Shown here: piece after piece, positions 1 through 14,596 of the stretch
Layout: each line of letters opens with the position of its first letter
Numbering within the stretch: the first letter of the stretch is position 1
NCBI GenBank assembly: GCA_963748815.1
Contig: CAVVKJ010000017.1
Location: 32,001 to 96,000, forward strand
Length of the DNA stretch: 64,000 nucleotides
Reading direction: 5' to 3'
DNA from: an uncultured Gemmatimonadales bacterium
GTDB taxonomy: Bacteria > Gemmatimonadota > Gemmatimonadetes > Gemmatimonadales > GWC2-71-9
The notes under the pieces: generated by a model
The model's input: the letters and a program-made list of their open reading frames with translations, nothing else
Databases searched by the model: none
What the model was told of the DNA's origin: nothing
Program-made: the position numbers and the translations under genes

Positions 1-489
1 TCGACGGTTTGTTGTAGATGAAATCGTACCAAAGCACGCCGCCCCGGCTGACCCACCGCCACATCGCGTTCGCCAGGGGCCGCTGGTTCGCCTCTCGAGC
101 AGCGACGAGAAGACGACGACGAAACACGATGTCGGGGACGCTGCAGGCAGTTCCGCGTGGACGGCGTCTCGCACCGGACGATCTCGGCGGCAGGACGGTG
201 TCGGCCGCGCGGCTGCTCCTCGAGCAGCTCGATCCGGGTCAGGCGCCGGGGCTGAAAGCCGAGCCGCAGGAACCGAGCAGCTTCTTCGGCGCCGGACCCC
301 ACCTCAACGAGCGAGAGGTCGGCGGCGCTCGATGCCGAGCCGGGAGAGGAGGCGAATCATCGCACGCTGGCGCCCTGGACTGTCTGCCAGACGTCGGGGC
401 GGAGCATGCCGTAGCGATGCTGCTCGACCATCGATTGCGGCGCTCCATACCGCTCGTAGACATCATCGATTTCCGGTTACCGGTCACCC
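1..489 (-). CDS. Class I SAM-dependent methyltransferase, multiply frameshifted, runs off the left edge
   Basis: Manual minus-strand reading across frames gives EIDDVYERY..RYGMLRPDVWQRVQ..QRAMIRLL..LVEVGSG..ANAMWRWVSRGGVLWYDFIYNKP, resembling methyltransferases found in polysaccharide loci. Start approximate. Confidence 0.6.
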
Positions 490-2030
490 GCAACGCCCCC
501 TTCTTCCCGATCCTCAGCGTCGCCCACAGCTGCGCCACAAAGGTAGTGGCGGTGTTCCCTTCGATGTGGTCGGCGTTCCAGGTCTGGTTGACCCCGATGT
601 TCCCCTGCAGGCGCAGGTGCCCCTGCTGCCCACGCACGCCCACCGCCACCCGCGCCGTCTTGGCCACCACGCCACTCAGGAATCCGTCCAGTCCGCTCAG
701 GTCGGCGGGAAGGAGTCGGTGATCTGCGCCGCCCCCTGCCGGAAGCAACGTGAGCTCGGGCGTCACGACCCAATTCTCCCGGACCGGCCACGTCGCGGTC
801 AAGGTCAGTTGATCGCCATCCACGAACTGCCGCCCGAGCCCGACTCCGATATTGATGTAGTCCTCCTCCGGCTAGAACGTCCGGAAGGCGTAGGTGCTCA
901 CCTGCGTGTAGAGGGCCCGCCAGCTTCCGGTCGAGCCCAGCGGCCCCATGGCGCTCAAGGTGAAGGCCCAGCGGTTGGGGCGATCGGTCGAGCGCTGTCG
1001 CCTGGTCGAACCACCGGAAGTCGTCGATCGCCACCTGCCCTTCGAACGACACTCCGCTGTTCAGGAGGATCCGACCGTCGCCCCCGATCATCACGTTGGA
1101 CTCGTCACCCGACCGAGAAGGTGTTGCCCAGCAGGAAGATCGCCCACCGGCGTGATCCACTTGGCGTTCAGGTTCTCGTCCACCCCGGCGATGATGGCCG
1201 TCTGCCAGAGCGCCAGGTTGATCTTCGGCGTGACCTGGAAACCGAGTCGGTGGGCCACCTGGTAGCGGTGGATGACCTGCCCTGCCGTGTCGACCATGTC
1301 CTCGAGCTGCGCCACGACCCCCTGGAGCCGCAGGTCCCGGGTGCCGACATTGAACGCGCCGTGCGCAATGGGATAGCCCCAGCCGCTGGTCGGGATGCCC
1401 GGCACCCCCCGCGGCCCCCACTCCCGGGACATCGTCCCCAGGAAGAGCTCGGCCGGCTTCCACTGCGCCCCGATGTAGGCCACCGGATAGCGATAGATCA
1501 GCTTGGATGGGAGGGTGCACTGTCGATGTTCGCCGGCCAGTCGGGGTCGTCTTGAGCCGGTTTTCCCCATACAGGTCGGCGTGCGCCACCACCGGCCCGA
1601 ACACCCCCAGGAACTCCAGGCTGCCGAACGGCCAGACCCCACCATCCCCCGCCGGATGCACCGGGTCCCGCCGGCGTGGGTGTAGGCCTGCACACCGAGG
1701 GCAAAGTCGACCCGCCCCCAGTAGACGGTATCCGGCGGAGTCCAGAGCTTGAGGAGGCTCGCGACCTGCGCCGAGTCCGACGCCGTGGCCCTCGGCGAGA
1801 GCCCCGGAGCGCCGCCACCGCCTGCGCCTCGGTGAACGGCCGCACCAGCGGGGTCGGATCGGGAATCACCCCCCGGTCCACCAGCAGCTCGAACCGCGCC
1901 AGCCGCGGATCGTCGAGCTGGATGTAGGGGCTCCCCTGTGCCACCGCGGCGGCGGGCCGACTCAGAGGCCAGCCAGGCCCCCAGCAGCGCCTGGCCGACG
2001 AGCACGGAGCGGCATCGCCGCGGCTCACCT
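480..2030 (-). CDS. Capsule assembly Wzi-like outer-membrane protein (frameshifted)
   Basis: Pieces in ORFs 1498-2049, 1091-2005, 477-1661 and 239-823: SPYIQLDDPRLARFELLVDRGVI, GTMSREWGP, IHRYQVAHRL, NVMIGGD, GQVAIDDF. Lies next to a Wza-like gene. Boundaries approximate. Confidence 0.65.
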
Positions 2031-2035
2031 CGCGA

Positions 2036-2416
2036 TCACGGGCCAACACCGATCATCAGGCGCCGACCACCGCCCCCGGCGACCCCCGACACGAAGTCGG
2101 TCCATTGGCGCCCCGCGATAGGGCAGCGCCCACTGCACCAGCTCGATGCCCCCCGGCGAGGCACGACCGCCACGACCAGAGTCCGGAGCGACGGCGGCCC
2201 TCGTCGAGCCGGTAGAGCAGCGCAAAGATCAGGAAGATGCCAGGAAATGCACCAGCGTGTCGTACGGCGCGCCGCGGCGTCGAACCGGTGGGGCACCGGC
2301 AACAGGAAGAGCAGCGCCATGGCCAGGAGGTAGAGCACGAAGAGGGATGCCAGACGCCGCGCGTACCTGCGGAGGGCCTGAGGATGCCGACGGAGCGAGG
2401 CGTGACTCTGTGCCAT
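2036..2416 (-). CDS. VanZ-like membrane protein (frameshifted)
   Basis: Hydrophobic N-terminal helix, then YDTLVHF and GGIELVQWALPYRG..WTDF in adjacent frames, matching the VanZ pattern (DK..H, E..Q...P.R...D). Confidence 0.55.
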   Translation of the reverse strand: MAQSHASLRRHPQALRRYARRLASLFVLYLLAMALLFLLPVPHRFDAAARRTTRWCISWHLPDLCAALPARRGPPSLRTLVVAVVPRRGASSWCSGRCPIAGRQWTDFVSGVAGGGGRRLMIGVGP

Positions 2417-2642
2417 TCGGATCGGCGTTCAAGATGCTCCGAACCCGGGTGCGGCAGCCTTGGCGCTCCACGGCCATTCGCTCGCTCAGCGACATCGGCC
2501 GAGCCGTGGCTTCAGCCACGAGCTCGCGCGGCGGATCGAGGCTTCTGAACCGGATCAACCTGACCCCGGACTGCCGCACGGGGTGACGACCGAGGTGGTC
2601 GCATCTCCTTGACGCCCTCCCCGCGCGCCCCTAAGTTCCCCC

Positions 2643-5084
2643 ATGCCTAAGTCGCCGCGCCGGAACTGGTTGGCCCTCCTCGCCCTCCTGTTCCTCGCCT
2701 CACCCCTCGCCGCCCAGCAACCGACCCCGGAACAGGCCAAGGCGCTCATGGCCCAGCCGGGCGGGGCCGACTCCATCCGGGCGCTGATCAAGAACTCCGG
2801 CCTCTCGCCGGACCAGATCCGGATCCGGCTGCAGGCCGCGGGGTATGACCCGGCGTTGATCGACCCCTTCCTGACCGACGGCCGGGCTCCGACACGGTGT
2901 CCGTCACCGCCGAGCAGAACGCCGCCCTCAAGGCGCTGGGCATCAAGCCGGACTCAGCCTGCCGGCAGCCGGTCGACACCGGCCTCCGGTGGTCGATTCA
3001 CTGCCGCCGATCGGCGTGTTCGGCGTGGATGTCTTCCGCCGCTCCACGACGCAGTTCCTCCCGCTCCTCTCGGGGCCGGTGCCACCGGACTACCGGCTGG
3101 GCCCCGGCGACATGCTGGTCCTCATCCTGACCGGTGACGTCGAGCTGACCTACCAGCTCGGCATCACCCGCGAGGGCTTCGTGGTGATCCCGCAGGTGGG
3201 CCAGGTGTACCTCGCCAACCTGACCCTGGCCCAGGCCCGGAGCACCCTCTACGACCGGCTGGGGCGGGTGTATTCCGGCGTGCAGCGCGGGCGCGAACGC
3301 CACGACCCAGTTCGACCTCTCGGTGGCCAACGTCCGCGCCGCCCAGGTGTACGTGGTGGGCGAGGTGACCCAGCCCGGTGCCTACCAGATCAGCGCCCTC
3401 GGGACCGTGCTGACCGCCCTCTACACCGCCGGCGGGGTGACGGAGCGCGCCAACCCGCGGGCGGTGGAGGTCCGCCGCGGCGGCAAGACCGTCGCCACCT
3501 TCGACCTCTACGATTACCTCCTCAAGGGCGACACCGGCGAGGATATCCGGATCGAGAACGGCGACGTGGTGTTCGTCGGGGTCCGCGCCCGTCGGGTGAC
3601 CGTCACCGGCAACGTGCAGCGCCCGCCACTGTACGACCTGGCGCCGACCGAGACGCTGGCCCAGCTGATCGCCGCCGCCGGCGGGCTCGACGCGGAGGCC
3701 GCCCGGACCCGGATCTCGATCGACCGGATCGTGCCGCCCGCCGAGCGACGCGCCGGGCGGCGCCGCACCGCGTCACCCTCGACGTGCCCCTCCCCGCCGG
3801 GTCCGCGGAGATTCCGCCGGTCCCGATGGCCGACGGCGACAGCGTGACGGTGTTCGGCGTGCCGCCGGCCCAGCGGAACTACGTGTCCATCGAAGGCAAC
3901 GTCTACCACCCCGGCCGTTTCGGGCTGGAGGAGGGCCTGACGCTTTCGCGGCTGGTGTCGCTGGCGGGCGGGTTCCAGCCGGCCACCTACTCCGGCCGGG
4001 CCCTCATTTCCCGGCTCAACGAGGTGGACCAGACCCGGCGGCTCATTCCCGTTGCCGCTTCCGAACGACAGCCTCGCGCCCTGGACCGACGACCCGCGGC
4101 TCCAGGACCGCGACTCGGTCATGATCTTCGGCCTGTCCGAGACCCGACCGGTGCGGACCACCGTGATCGTCGGCGCGGTCAACGAGCCGGGGCGGAAACC
4201 GTGGGAGGCGGGGATGACGCTCCGCGACCTGATCCTGCAGTCCGGCGGACTGGCGCCCGGCGCCTCTCTCGCATTCGCGGAGATCGCGCGCCTGCCCGAG
4301 CGACCGCAGCGAAGGACAGCTCGCCACCACCTCCGGGTGCCGCTCGACTCGACCTACCTCTTCGACCGGGACAGCGCGGGGCAGTACATCGGACCACCCG
4401 GTCGGGCGTTCCCCGCCTCCGGCGCGCCGGAGGTGCCCGCTGGAGCCGTGGGACAACGTCCTGATCTTCCGGCAGCCCGATTTCGAGTTCCAGCAGACGG
4501 TCAGCATCGGTGGCGAGGTGGAGTACCCCGGCACCTACGCGCTCGAGAATCGCTCCGAACGGCTCTCCGACCTGGTCCGTCGGGCCGGCGGGCTCACCGC
4601 CCTGGCCTACCCGGACGGGGTCTGGTTCGTGCGGGATACCGGCGGTGTCGGGCGACTCAACGTGAACCTCCCGGTGGCGATGGCGAAGCCGGGGTCGAAG
4701 GAGGACCTGCTCCTCCGCGGCGGCGACCAGATCTGGGTCACGCAGTACCAGCCGAGCGTCCGGATCGAGGGCGCGGTGCTCTCGCCTGGGAGCGTGCTCT
4801 GGGAAAAGGGGAAGAACCTCAACTACTACATCGACGCCGCGGGGGGAGCGACTCCGGAGGGCAATCCGGGCCGCGCCGCGGTCCGGCAATCGAACGGGCA
4901 GACGCTGGCCAAGCGGGGAGGCTTCCTCGTCATCGGCGGCACGAATCCCAAGCCGAACCCCGGCGCCACGGTGTACGTGCCGCTCAAGGAAGTGAAGCCG
5001 CCAAGGGACAACACCGGGACCTGGCTGGCGATCGCATCCATCATCGCCAGTACGGCCACGATCGTCATTGCGCTCCAACCATAG
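2643..5084 (+). CDS. Polysaccharide export protein, Wza/KpsD-like with multiple SLBB domains (several frameshifts)
   Basis: Signal peptide; PVPPDYRLGPGD Poly_export motif; repeated GEV..PG.Y and L..AGG SLBB motifs across ORFs 2643, 2989, 3323, 4052 and 4518; C-terminal helix. Confidence 0.85.
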
Positions 5085-5141
5085 CGATGCGCGGTGGCCA
5101 TCACCTCCTGAATCAGACATATTTGACCATTCTCTCTCCAG

Positions 5142-8324
<3,183 letters not shown>

Positions 8325-8537
8325 CTACTTGGCCACCTCGCCTTTGCAGGTGCTGATGCCGAACAGGGTGTAGAGCGGGCAGGTGCCGGACAGCCCGGTT
8401 ACGATGGGGATGATACCGATGTAGCCCCACGGGGTCTTCGGTCCGATGAAGGCGAGCGACAGGAGGCCGATGCCGGCGAGCACGCGGATGACCCGCTCAA
8501 CGGTGTGTTCGTTCTGGGGAAAGAGCTTGCTGGCCAT
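8325..8537 (-). CDS. DUF2892 (YgaP-like) membrane protein
   Basis: N..T.ER..R..AG and TG..G.CPLY.LFGISTC signature. Confidence 0.85.
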   Translation of the reverse strand: MASKLFPQNEHTVERVIRVLAGIGLLSLAFIGPKTPWGYIGIIPIVTGLSGTCPLYTLFGISTCKGEVAK

Positions 8538-8675
8538 GGAAGTGCTCCGACGTTAAGGAAATCCTCAGACTTTCGCCGCGCTCGACTGCATACCAAGATA
8601 CACGCTGACTCGCACGCCGGTTCCCTCCCTTCCCACGCACCCGCCGGCGCGCCCCCTTCCGCCTCGGGCCGCGAC

Positions 8676-10052
8676 ATGCCGTTCCACACCATCATCGAGC
8701 CGTTCCGGATCCACTCCACCCAGCGGATCCGCCACACCACGCCCGCGGAGCGGGAAACGGCACTTGAGCGCGCCGGTTACAATCTCTTCGGGCTCCGCGG
8801 CGAAGAGGTGCTGATCGACCTCCTGACCGATTCCGGCACCGGCGCCATGTCCTCCCGGCAGTGGGCCGCGATGATGGACGGCGACGAGTCCTACGCCGGG
8901 AGCAGTTCATTCGAGCGATTCCGCGACACGGTCCAGAGCCTGACGGGACTCTCCGAGATCATCCCCACCCACCAGGGCCGCGCCGCCGAGCACATTCTCT
9001 TCTCCGTCATGGCCCGGAAGGGCCAGGTCATCCCCAACAACACCCACTTCGACACCACCCGCGCCAACGTGGAGTTTGTCGGCGCCGAGGCGCGGGACCT
9101 GGTCATTCCCGAGGGGCGGGTGCCGTCGTCCGAACATCCCTTCAAGGGAAACATGGACCTGGAGGCGCTCGAGGCGACGATCCGGAAGGAAGGGGTCGAG
9201 CGGATTCCCCTGGTGATGGTCACGGTCACCAACAACAGCGGGGGTGGGCAGCCCGTCTCGCTCGAGAACCTCCGCGGCGTGCGGACGATCTGTGACAAGT
9301 ACAACCTCCCCTTCTTCCTCGACGCCTGCCGGTTCGCCGAGAACGCCTGGTTCATCAAGCTGCGGGAGCCGGGGCAGGCCGACCGGACCCCGCGCGAGAT
9401 CGTTCGGGAGATGTTTTCGCTGGTGGACGGCTGCACCATGTCGGCCAAGAAGGACGGGATGGCCAACATCGGCGGCTTCCTCGCGCTGAACGACGCCGAG
9501 ATTGCCCGGAAGGCGCGCAACCTGCTCATCCTGACGGAGGGGTTCCCGACCTACGGCGGGCTGGCCGGCTACGACATGGACGCGATCGCGGTGGGGCTGG
9601 AGGAGGTGCTCGACGAGGATTACCTCCGCTACCGCATCCGCTCCACCGCCTACCTGGCGGAGAAGGCGGAGGCGGCCGGTGTCCCGACCGTGCGACCTCC
9701 CGGCGGCCACGCGGTGTACCTCGACGCCAAGGCGCTGCTGACGCACATCCCGGCGTCGCAATATCCGGCGCAGGCGCTGGCGGTGGAGCTCTATCGGGTG
9801 GGTGGGGTGCGGGGAGTGGAGATCGGGTCAGTGATGTTCGGCGTTCGGCATCCGGACGGGACCGAGACGCCATCGGCAATGGAACTGGTGCGGCTCGCCA
9901 TTCCGCGCCGCACCTATACCCAGAGCCACGTGGACTACGTCGGCGAAGTGATTCGCGAGGTGGCGGGCCAGCGCGAGAAGATCCGTGGACTCCGGATCGT
10001 GGAGCAGGCGCCGTGGCTGCGGCACTTCACGGCGAGGTTCGCGGCGGCGTAG
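8676..10052 (+). CDS. tnaA: Tryptophanase (beta-eliminating PLP lyase)
   Basis: IDLLTDSGT, THQGRAAE, SAKKD PLP-lysine motif. VEIGS and LRHFTARF (His) favour tryptophanase over tyrosine phenol-lyase (LRFF). ATG at 8676. Confidence 0.85.
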   Translation: MPFHTIIEPFRIHSTQRIRHTTPAERETALERAGYNLFGLRGEEVLIDLLTDSGTGAMSSRQWAAMMDGDESYAGSSSFERFRDTVQSLTGLSEIIPTHQGRAAEHILFSVMARKGQVIPNNTHFDTTRANVEFVGAEARDLVIPEGRVPSSEHPFKGNMDLEALEATIRKEGVERIPLVMVTVTNNSGGGQPVSLENLRGVRTICDKYNLPFFLDACRFAENAWFIKLREPGQADRTPREIVREMFSLVDGCTMSAKKDGMANIGGFLALNDAEIARKARNLLILTEGFPTYGGLAGYDMDAIAVGLEEVLDEDYLRYRIRSTAYLAEKAEAAGVPTVRPPGGHAVYLDAKALLTHIPASQYPAQALAVELYRVGGVRGVEIGSVMFGVRHPDGTETPSAMELVRLAIPRRTYTQSHVDYVGEVIREVAGQREKIRGLRIVEQAPWLRHFTARFAAA

Positions 10053-10076
10053 GGGCGCGACGCATCGCGTCCCTAC
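10049..10076. repeat. GTAG-type REP-like palindrome between convergent genes; probable bidirectional terminator
   Basis: GTAGGGGCGCGA-CGCA-TCGCGTCCCTAC, containing both convergent TAG stop codons. Confidence 0.6.
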
Positions 10077-10975
10077 GCGTCCGCCCTGTGCCGCAGCTGC
10101 CGCCGCACGATGGCCAGCGCATCCTTCCGTTCCTTGTCCGACAGCACCATCCGCGGCGCCCGCACCGCCTCACTCCCCATCCCTACCTCCGCCTGCACCA
10201 GCTTGATCAATTGCACGAACTTGGGCACCGTGTCGAACCGGAGAAGCGGCAGGAACCAGGCGTAGAGCTTGAGCGCCTCCTCGATCCGGCCTGACCTGGC
10301 CAGGTCCACCAGCGTCACCGACTCCACCGGCAGCGCGTTGACCAGCCCCGCCACCCATCCGTCCGCACCGACCGCGATCGCCTCGACGATCATGTCATCC
10401 AGGCCGGCGAAGAGCGCCAGTCGAGACCCCAGGAGCGCCTTGACGGCGGTAATCCGCCGCACATCGCCGCTCGACTCCTTGACCGCATGCACATTCGAAT
10501 GCTTGTCGGCCAGCGTCTTCACGTCCTCGGCCGAGAGGTCGGTGCCGTAGGCGATCGGATTGTTGTAGAGCATGCAGGAGAGCTTCGTGGCCGAAAGCAC
10601 GGCCGAAAAGTGCGCCTCGATTTCGGGCCAGTCGCCGAGGTAGACGTACGGCGGCAGCACCATGAGACCGTCACAGCCCACCCGCTCCGCCTCCTTCGCC
10701 AGCGCCACGCACTCGGCCGTCGAGAGCCCGCTGATGGAAGCCACGAGCGGCACCCGGCCCTTGGTGACGGTGCCGCAGACCTCGAGAATCCGGACCTTTT
10801 CTGCGGTAGTGAGCGTGGCGCCCTCGCCGAGCGAGCCCAGGGCCACGACGCCCTTGCACCCCGCGTCCAGCAGCCACGCGACGTGCTTCACGAGGAACGC
10901 CTCGTCGACCGCCCCATCGGCGGTGAACGGCGTCGTGATGGCGGGAAAGACGCCGGTCCAGTCGGCCTTCTGCAT
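10073..10975 (-). CDS. DapA-family protein, likely delta-1-pyrroline-4-hydroxy-2-carboxylate deaminase
   Basis: GVFPAITTPF, GSLGE, LYNNP, VKESSGD; hydroxyproline operon context. Confidence 0.8.
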   Translation of the reverse strand: MQKADWTGVFPAITTPFTADGAVDEAFLVKHVAWLLDAGCKGVVALGSLGEGATLTTAEKVRILEVCGTVTKGRVPLVASISGLSTAECVALAKEAERVGCDGLMVLPPYVYLGDWPEIEAHFSAVLSATKLSCMLYNNPIAYGTDLSAEDVKTLADKHSNVHAVKESSGDVRRITAVKALLGSRLALFAGLDDMIVEAIAVGADGWVAGLVNALPVESVTLVDLARSGRIEEALKLYAWFLPLLRFDTVPKFVQLIKLVQAEVGMGSEAVRAPRMVLSDKERKDALAIVRRQLRHRADA

Positions 10976-12274
10976 CAGGGCGCTCCTTGCGATTCATCCA
11001 GGGGTGAAGAGAGATCGGCGAGCACGCCGACGGCGGTCGGGACAACCGGCATCCGCACCGTGTCCCGTCCCATTTCGAATAGATGCTCCAGCGCGGGGCC
11101 GCAGACCCGCCCCTGGCAGCTGCCCATGCCGGCACGGGTGACCAGCTTGGTCTGTCGGGCACTCCACTCGGCATCAATTGCCGACAGCGGCACATCCTCG
11201 CAGCGGCAGACGATGGTACCGGGTTCCGGCCGTGCGCGCAATTCCGGCCGCAGCCGAAAGGCGACTGGCCACCCGCTCGGCGAAGCACCGGTGCGCGTCA
11301 CGCTCCGCCTTCAACTTCCCCGCTTCCCCGCTTCCCCGCCCCGCGGCCGCGAGCCCTGCGAGCGCCCCCTCCACCAGCGCCGCTTCCATCCCGGTGTTGC
11401 CGGTCGGCTCGCCTGCGGCGTAGACCGATGGAACGGTGGTCTGCTGGGCATCGTCCACGACGACCGAGCCGCCCCGCAGCTCGCACCCGAGCAGCCGGGC
11501 GAGCTCCGTCGACGGAACGAGTCCCGCTGCCGTGCACAGGATATCCACCGGTTCGGCCCAGGTGCTCCGCCCATTCGTGTACGTCACGTGGAGCTCGCCG
11601 TTCACGTTGACGACGCGCCGGACCCAGGTACCCCAGCGATACCGGACGCTCAGGAACGCCATGCGGTAGGTGGCCGCCTGCATCAGGCGCCTGGGCGTTC
11701 GCCGGAGGGACCACGCAAACTCCCTGACCGCCTCCGGTGGCGCCTGTTCCGCCACCATCCGCAAGTCGGCGCCCGCCTTGGCGAGCGCCGCCGCCACCGG
11801 CAGCAGCAGCGGCCCGGTGCCCGCCACGGCCACCCGCTTTCCGCGCACATCCCAGCCGGCCTTGAGCAGGGCCTGCGCCCCGCCGACGCCAATCACTCCC
11901 GTGTGCGTCCATCCCGGGAATGGGAGGAACAGCTCTTGTGCACCCGTCGCGAGGACAACCTTTTCAGCCAGCACTGTGAGCGGGCGCCCCTCGCGCACGA
12001 CTCCGAGTCGACCGTCCGGGGTCGCGTCCACGACCTGCGCACCGGTGAGCACCGTCGCGCCGGAGCGGTCGAGCCGGTCGAGCCACATCCGTGCGATGGG
12101 AGGCAGCTCGCGCCGCTCCCGGTGTCGCCAAATCTGCCCCCCGGGCCGAGGCGAGGCGTCGACAAGCACCACCGAGCGCCCGACCCCGGCGGCCTCGACG
12201 GCCGCGGCGATGCCGGCCGGGCCGCCGCCCACGATCGCGACATCCGCGCGAAGGATCGCGGCGCGCTCAGTCAT
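10975..12274 (-). CDS. FAD/NAD(P) oxidoreductase with C-terminal BFD-like [2Fe-2S] domain; D-hydroxyproline dehydrogenase alpha-like subunit (frameshift near 11280)
   Basis: VGGGPAG, ATGAQE..LPFPGW, YAAGE, then VCRCEDV..RAGMGSCQGRVCG in ORF 10975-11301. Confidence 0.8.
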
Positions 12275-12516
12275 CGACCACCACCTGCATCCCATCCCGC
12301 ACCGACTCGAGGCAGGCGCGTCGTCCGGCCGCCCCGTCGATGGTGACGCGACATTCGAAGCAGACTCCCATGCCGCAGATGGGCCCTCGCGCCTCGCCGC
12401 CCGAAGACCTGCGAAAAGTCGAATATCCGGCGTTGAGCAGCGCCGCCGCGAGGCTGACCCCGGCGGGCACCTCGCGCGTAGGCACCGTTGACCGAGATCC
12501 GAACCTTGCCGGCCAC
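12267..12516 (-). CDS. [2Fe-2S] ferredoxin-like subunit (dehydrogenase gamma subunit; frameshift near N-terminus)
   Basis: RGPICGMGVCFECRVTIDG..RRAC; GTG start at 12516 (MAGKVRISVNG). Confidence 0.8.
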
Positions 12517-12517
12517 G

Positions 12518-13637
12518 TTAGTGCGTCTCCGCCATCGCGCGGTCGGGCGCAAACGGGGTCGGGTCAATGCGCGGGAGTGTCACCGCCGATGAGCGCCGCC
12601 AGCATCGACCCGGTGCCGAGGGCGGTCGTGATGCCCAGGCCCTCGTGCCCCGCGGCAATCCAGAGCCCGTCGACCGCCGGCCACGCGCCGATGAGCGGGA
12701 GTTTGTCCGGCGTGGCAGGACGAAAGCCGGTCCAGGTGCGCACCACCGGAACCGCAGCGAGTCCGGGCATGAATGCGACCGCCCGGTGGAGCATCCGGGC
12801 CAGCACCTCGCGGTTGATCGTGGCGTCCCAGCCGACCAGTTCGCGGGACGATCCGATCAGCAGCTGCCCCGTCGCCCGCGGCTGCACGTTGAACGCGACC
12901 GAGGCCGCGTTCATGGTGTGCGCGCTCTGGAGATACCCGAGTTCGATCACCTGGTGGTGGCAGGCGCCGGGAACGCGCTCCGTGATGGCCAGGTGGCCCT
13001 TCCGCGGCACGATGGGCAGTCCGGCGGTGAGCCGCGGGGCGGCGGCCCCCGCCGCGTTGACGATGACGTCCGCCTCGAAGCGACCCGCCGAGGTCATCAC
13101 CGCCCGCGCATGGACGGCCTGCACCTCCACCCCCTCGGAGATGACCGCGCCGCTCGCGACCGCCTCGTCCGCCAGCCAGCGCGCCACGGCCGGGGGATAC
13201 ACCACCCCGTCTCCCGGCACGCGCAGCCCGCCGGCCAGCCCCGCCCGCAGCATCGGCTCCGCGGCCGTGAGTTCGCTCGACCCGAGCAGTTCCGCCGGGA
13301 CGCCCCGTGCGCGGTAGAACGACAGCTTGGCCCGCGCCGATGCGAGCTGCACTTCGTCCTCCGCGACCCAGAGGGTGCCGCGTCGCTCGAACTCGACGGA
13401 CGGGGGAAGCTGTGGCAGGAGATCATCGAGGAGTCGCTGCGACCAGCCGGTGAGCGCGAACTGCGCTTCGCTGTCGTCCATGACAACGATGTGGCCCATG
13501 CCGGCGGCGGTCGCGCCGGCGCCGGCGAATGCCGCGTCGAGCACCGTCACGCGCATTCCTCTGCGACTCAGGTAGTAAGCGCATGCCGCGCCGACGATGC
13601 CGGCGCCGACCACGATCGCGTCCGGCCGAGTGGTCAT
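12518..13637 (-). CDS. FAD-dependent D-amino acid oxidase family protein; D-hydroxyproline dehydrogenase beta-like subunit
   Basis: VVGAGIVG, ATAAGMGH, PRKGH, WTGFRP, GHEGLG. C-terminus IDPTPFAPDR is in a shifted frame. Confidence 0.85.
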
Positions 13638-14596
13638 CCGGCGGAGGTCAATCCGGCTCGGAAGGGGTCGGTGGGGTCGAAACGAAGGGTGGATTCGCCG
13701 GTGATGAATGCGGTGCCGCGGACGTAGGGAATGAGCTGTCCCCCCTGCTCCTCCAGCCATCCGGTGAAGAGACTGCCGGTAATGCTCTCCTGGCGCCACG
13801 GCGCCCCGAGGGCCAGCGCCCCGCGGGCGTGCCGCGCCGCCATGACCGCCGATGTGCCCGTCCCGCAGGGAGAGCGGTCGTAGGCGCCGCCGGGACAGAG
13901 GACGAAGTTCCTGGCGTCGGCGTCGGGCCGCCTCGGCGCTGCAGAGAGTTCGACGTGATCGATTTCCGCGCCGGCCTGCCCCGTCACCCCCTGCGCGCGG
14001 AGGGCCGCCATGATGCCGCGCGTCATCCGGGTGAGTTCGTCCACCCCTTCCAGGACCAGCGGCGTCCGGTCCCAGTGCGTGAGGAAAAACCAGTTGCCGC
14101 CGTACGCCACGTCTCCGACGATACGCCCGAGTCCCGGCACCTCCACGGCCACGTCCCGCGCATGAGAGTACGAGGGGACGTTCCTGATGGTGACCGCCCC
14201 ATCCGTGCCGAGCTCCGCCGTCACCGACCCGACCGGCGTGTCGAGATGCACCTGTCCCGCGGTGATCCGCCCGAGGTGCTCCAGGGTGCGGACCACGCCG
14301 ATGGTTCCATGGCCGCACATGCCGAGGTAGCCGACATTGTTGAAGAAGATGACGCCGGCGGCCGAGCCCTGCGAGACGGGCGGCGTGAGCAGGGCGCCGA
14401 CCATCGCGTCGTGCCCCCGCGGTTCGCAGATCACGGCACTGCGCAGGTGGTCCCAGCGGGCGGCGAGGTCGTCGCGGCGGGCGGCCATCGTGGAACCGGC
14501 GGGCTGCCGCCAGCCGTCCACCACCACCCGGGTCGGTTCGCCTTCGGTGTGCGAATCCACGACCTGGATCATCGCAGGAAACGCCGGGGGGTTCAT
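13634..14596 (-). CDS. 4-hydroxyproline 2-epimerase (proline racemase family)
   Basis: DSHTEGEPTR, MCGHG and DRSPCGTGTSA (Cys/Cys catalytic pair). Confidence 0.88.
   Translation of the reverse strand: MNPPAFPAMIQVVDSHTEGEPTRVVVDGWRQPAGSTMAARRDDLAARWDHLRSAVICEPRGHDAMVGALLTPPVSQGSAAGVIFFNNVGYLGMCGHGTIGVVRTLEHLGRITAGQVHLDTPVGSVTAELGTDGAVTIRNVPSYSHARDVAVEVPGLGRIVGDVAYGGNWFFLTHWDRTPLVLEGVDELTRMTRGIMAALRAQGVTGQAGAEIDHVELSAAPRRPDADARNFVLCPGGAYDRSPCGTGTSAVMAARHARGALALGAPWRQESITGSLFTGWLEEQGGQLIPYVRGTAFITGESTLRFDPTDPFRAGLTSAG

Noticed and set aside
2229..2606. Separate small gene upstream of the VanZ-like ORF
   Set aside because: No recognisable motif, and the region is frameshift-rich; cannot be supported.
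8676..10052. Tyrosine phenol-lyase
   Set aside because: LRHFT and EIGS motifs match tryptophanase better.
11174..13637. Hydrogen cyanide synthase hcnABC
   Set aside because: Homologous family, but the flanking epimerase, deaminase and ALDH indicate D-hydroxyproline dehydrogenase.
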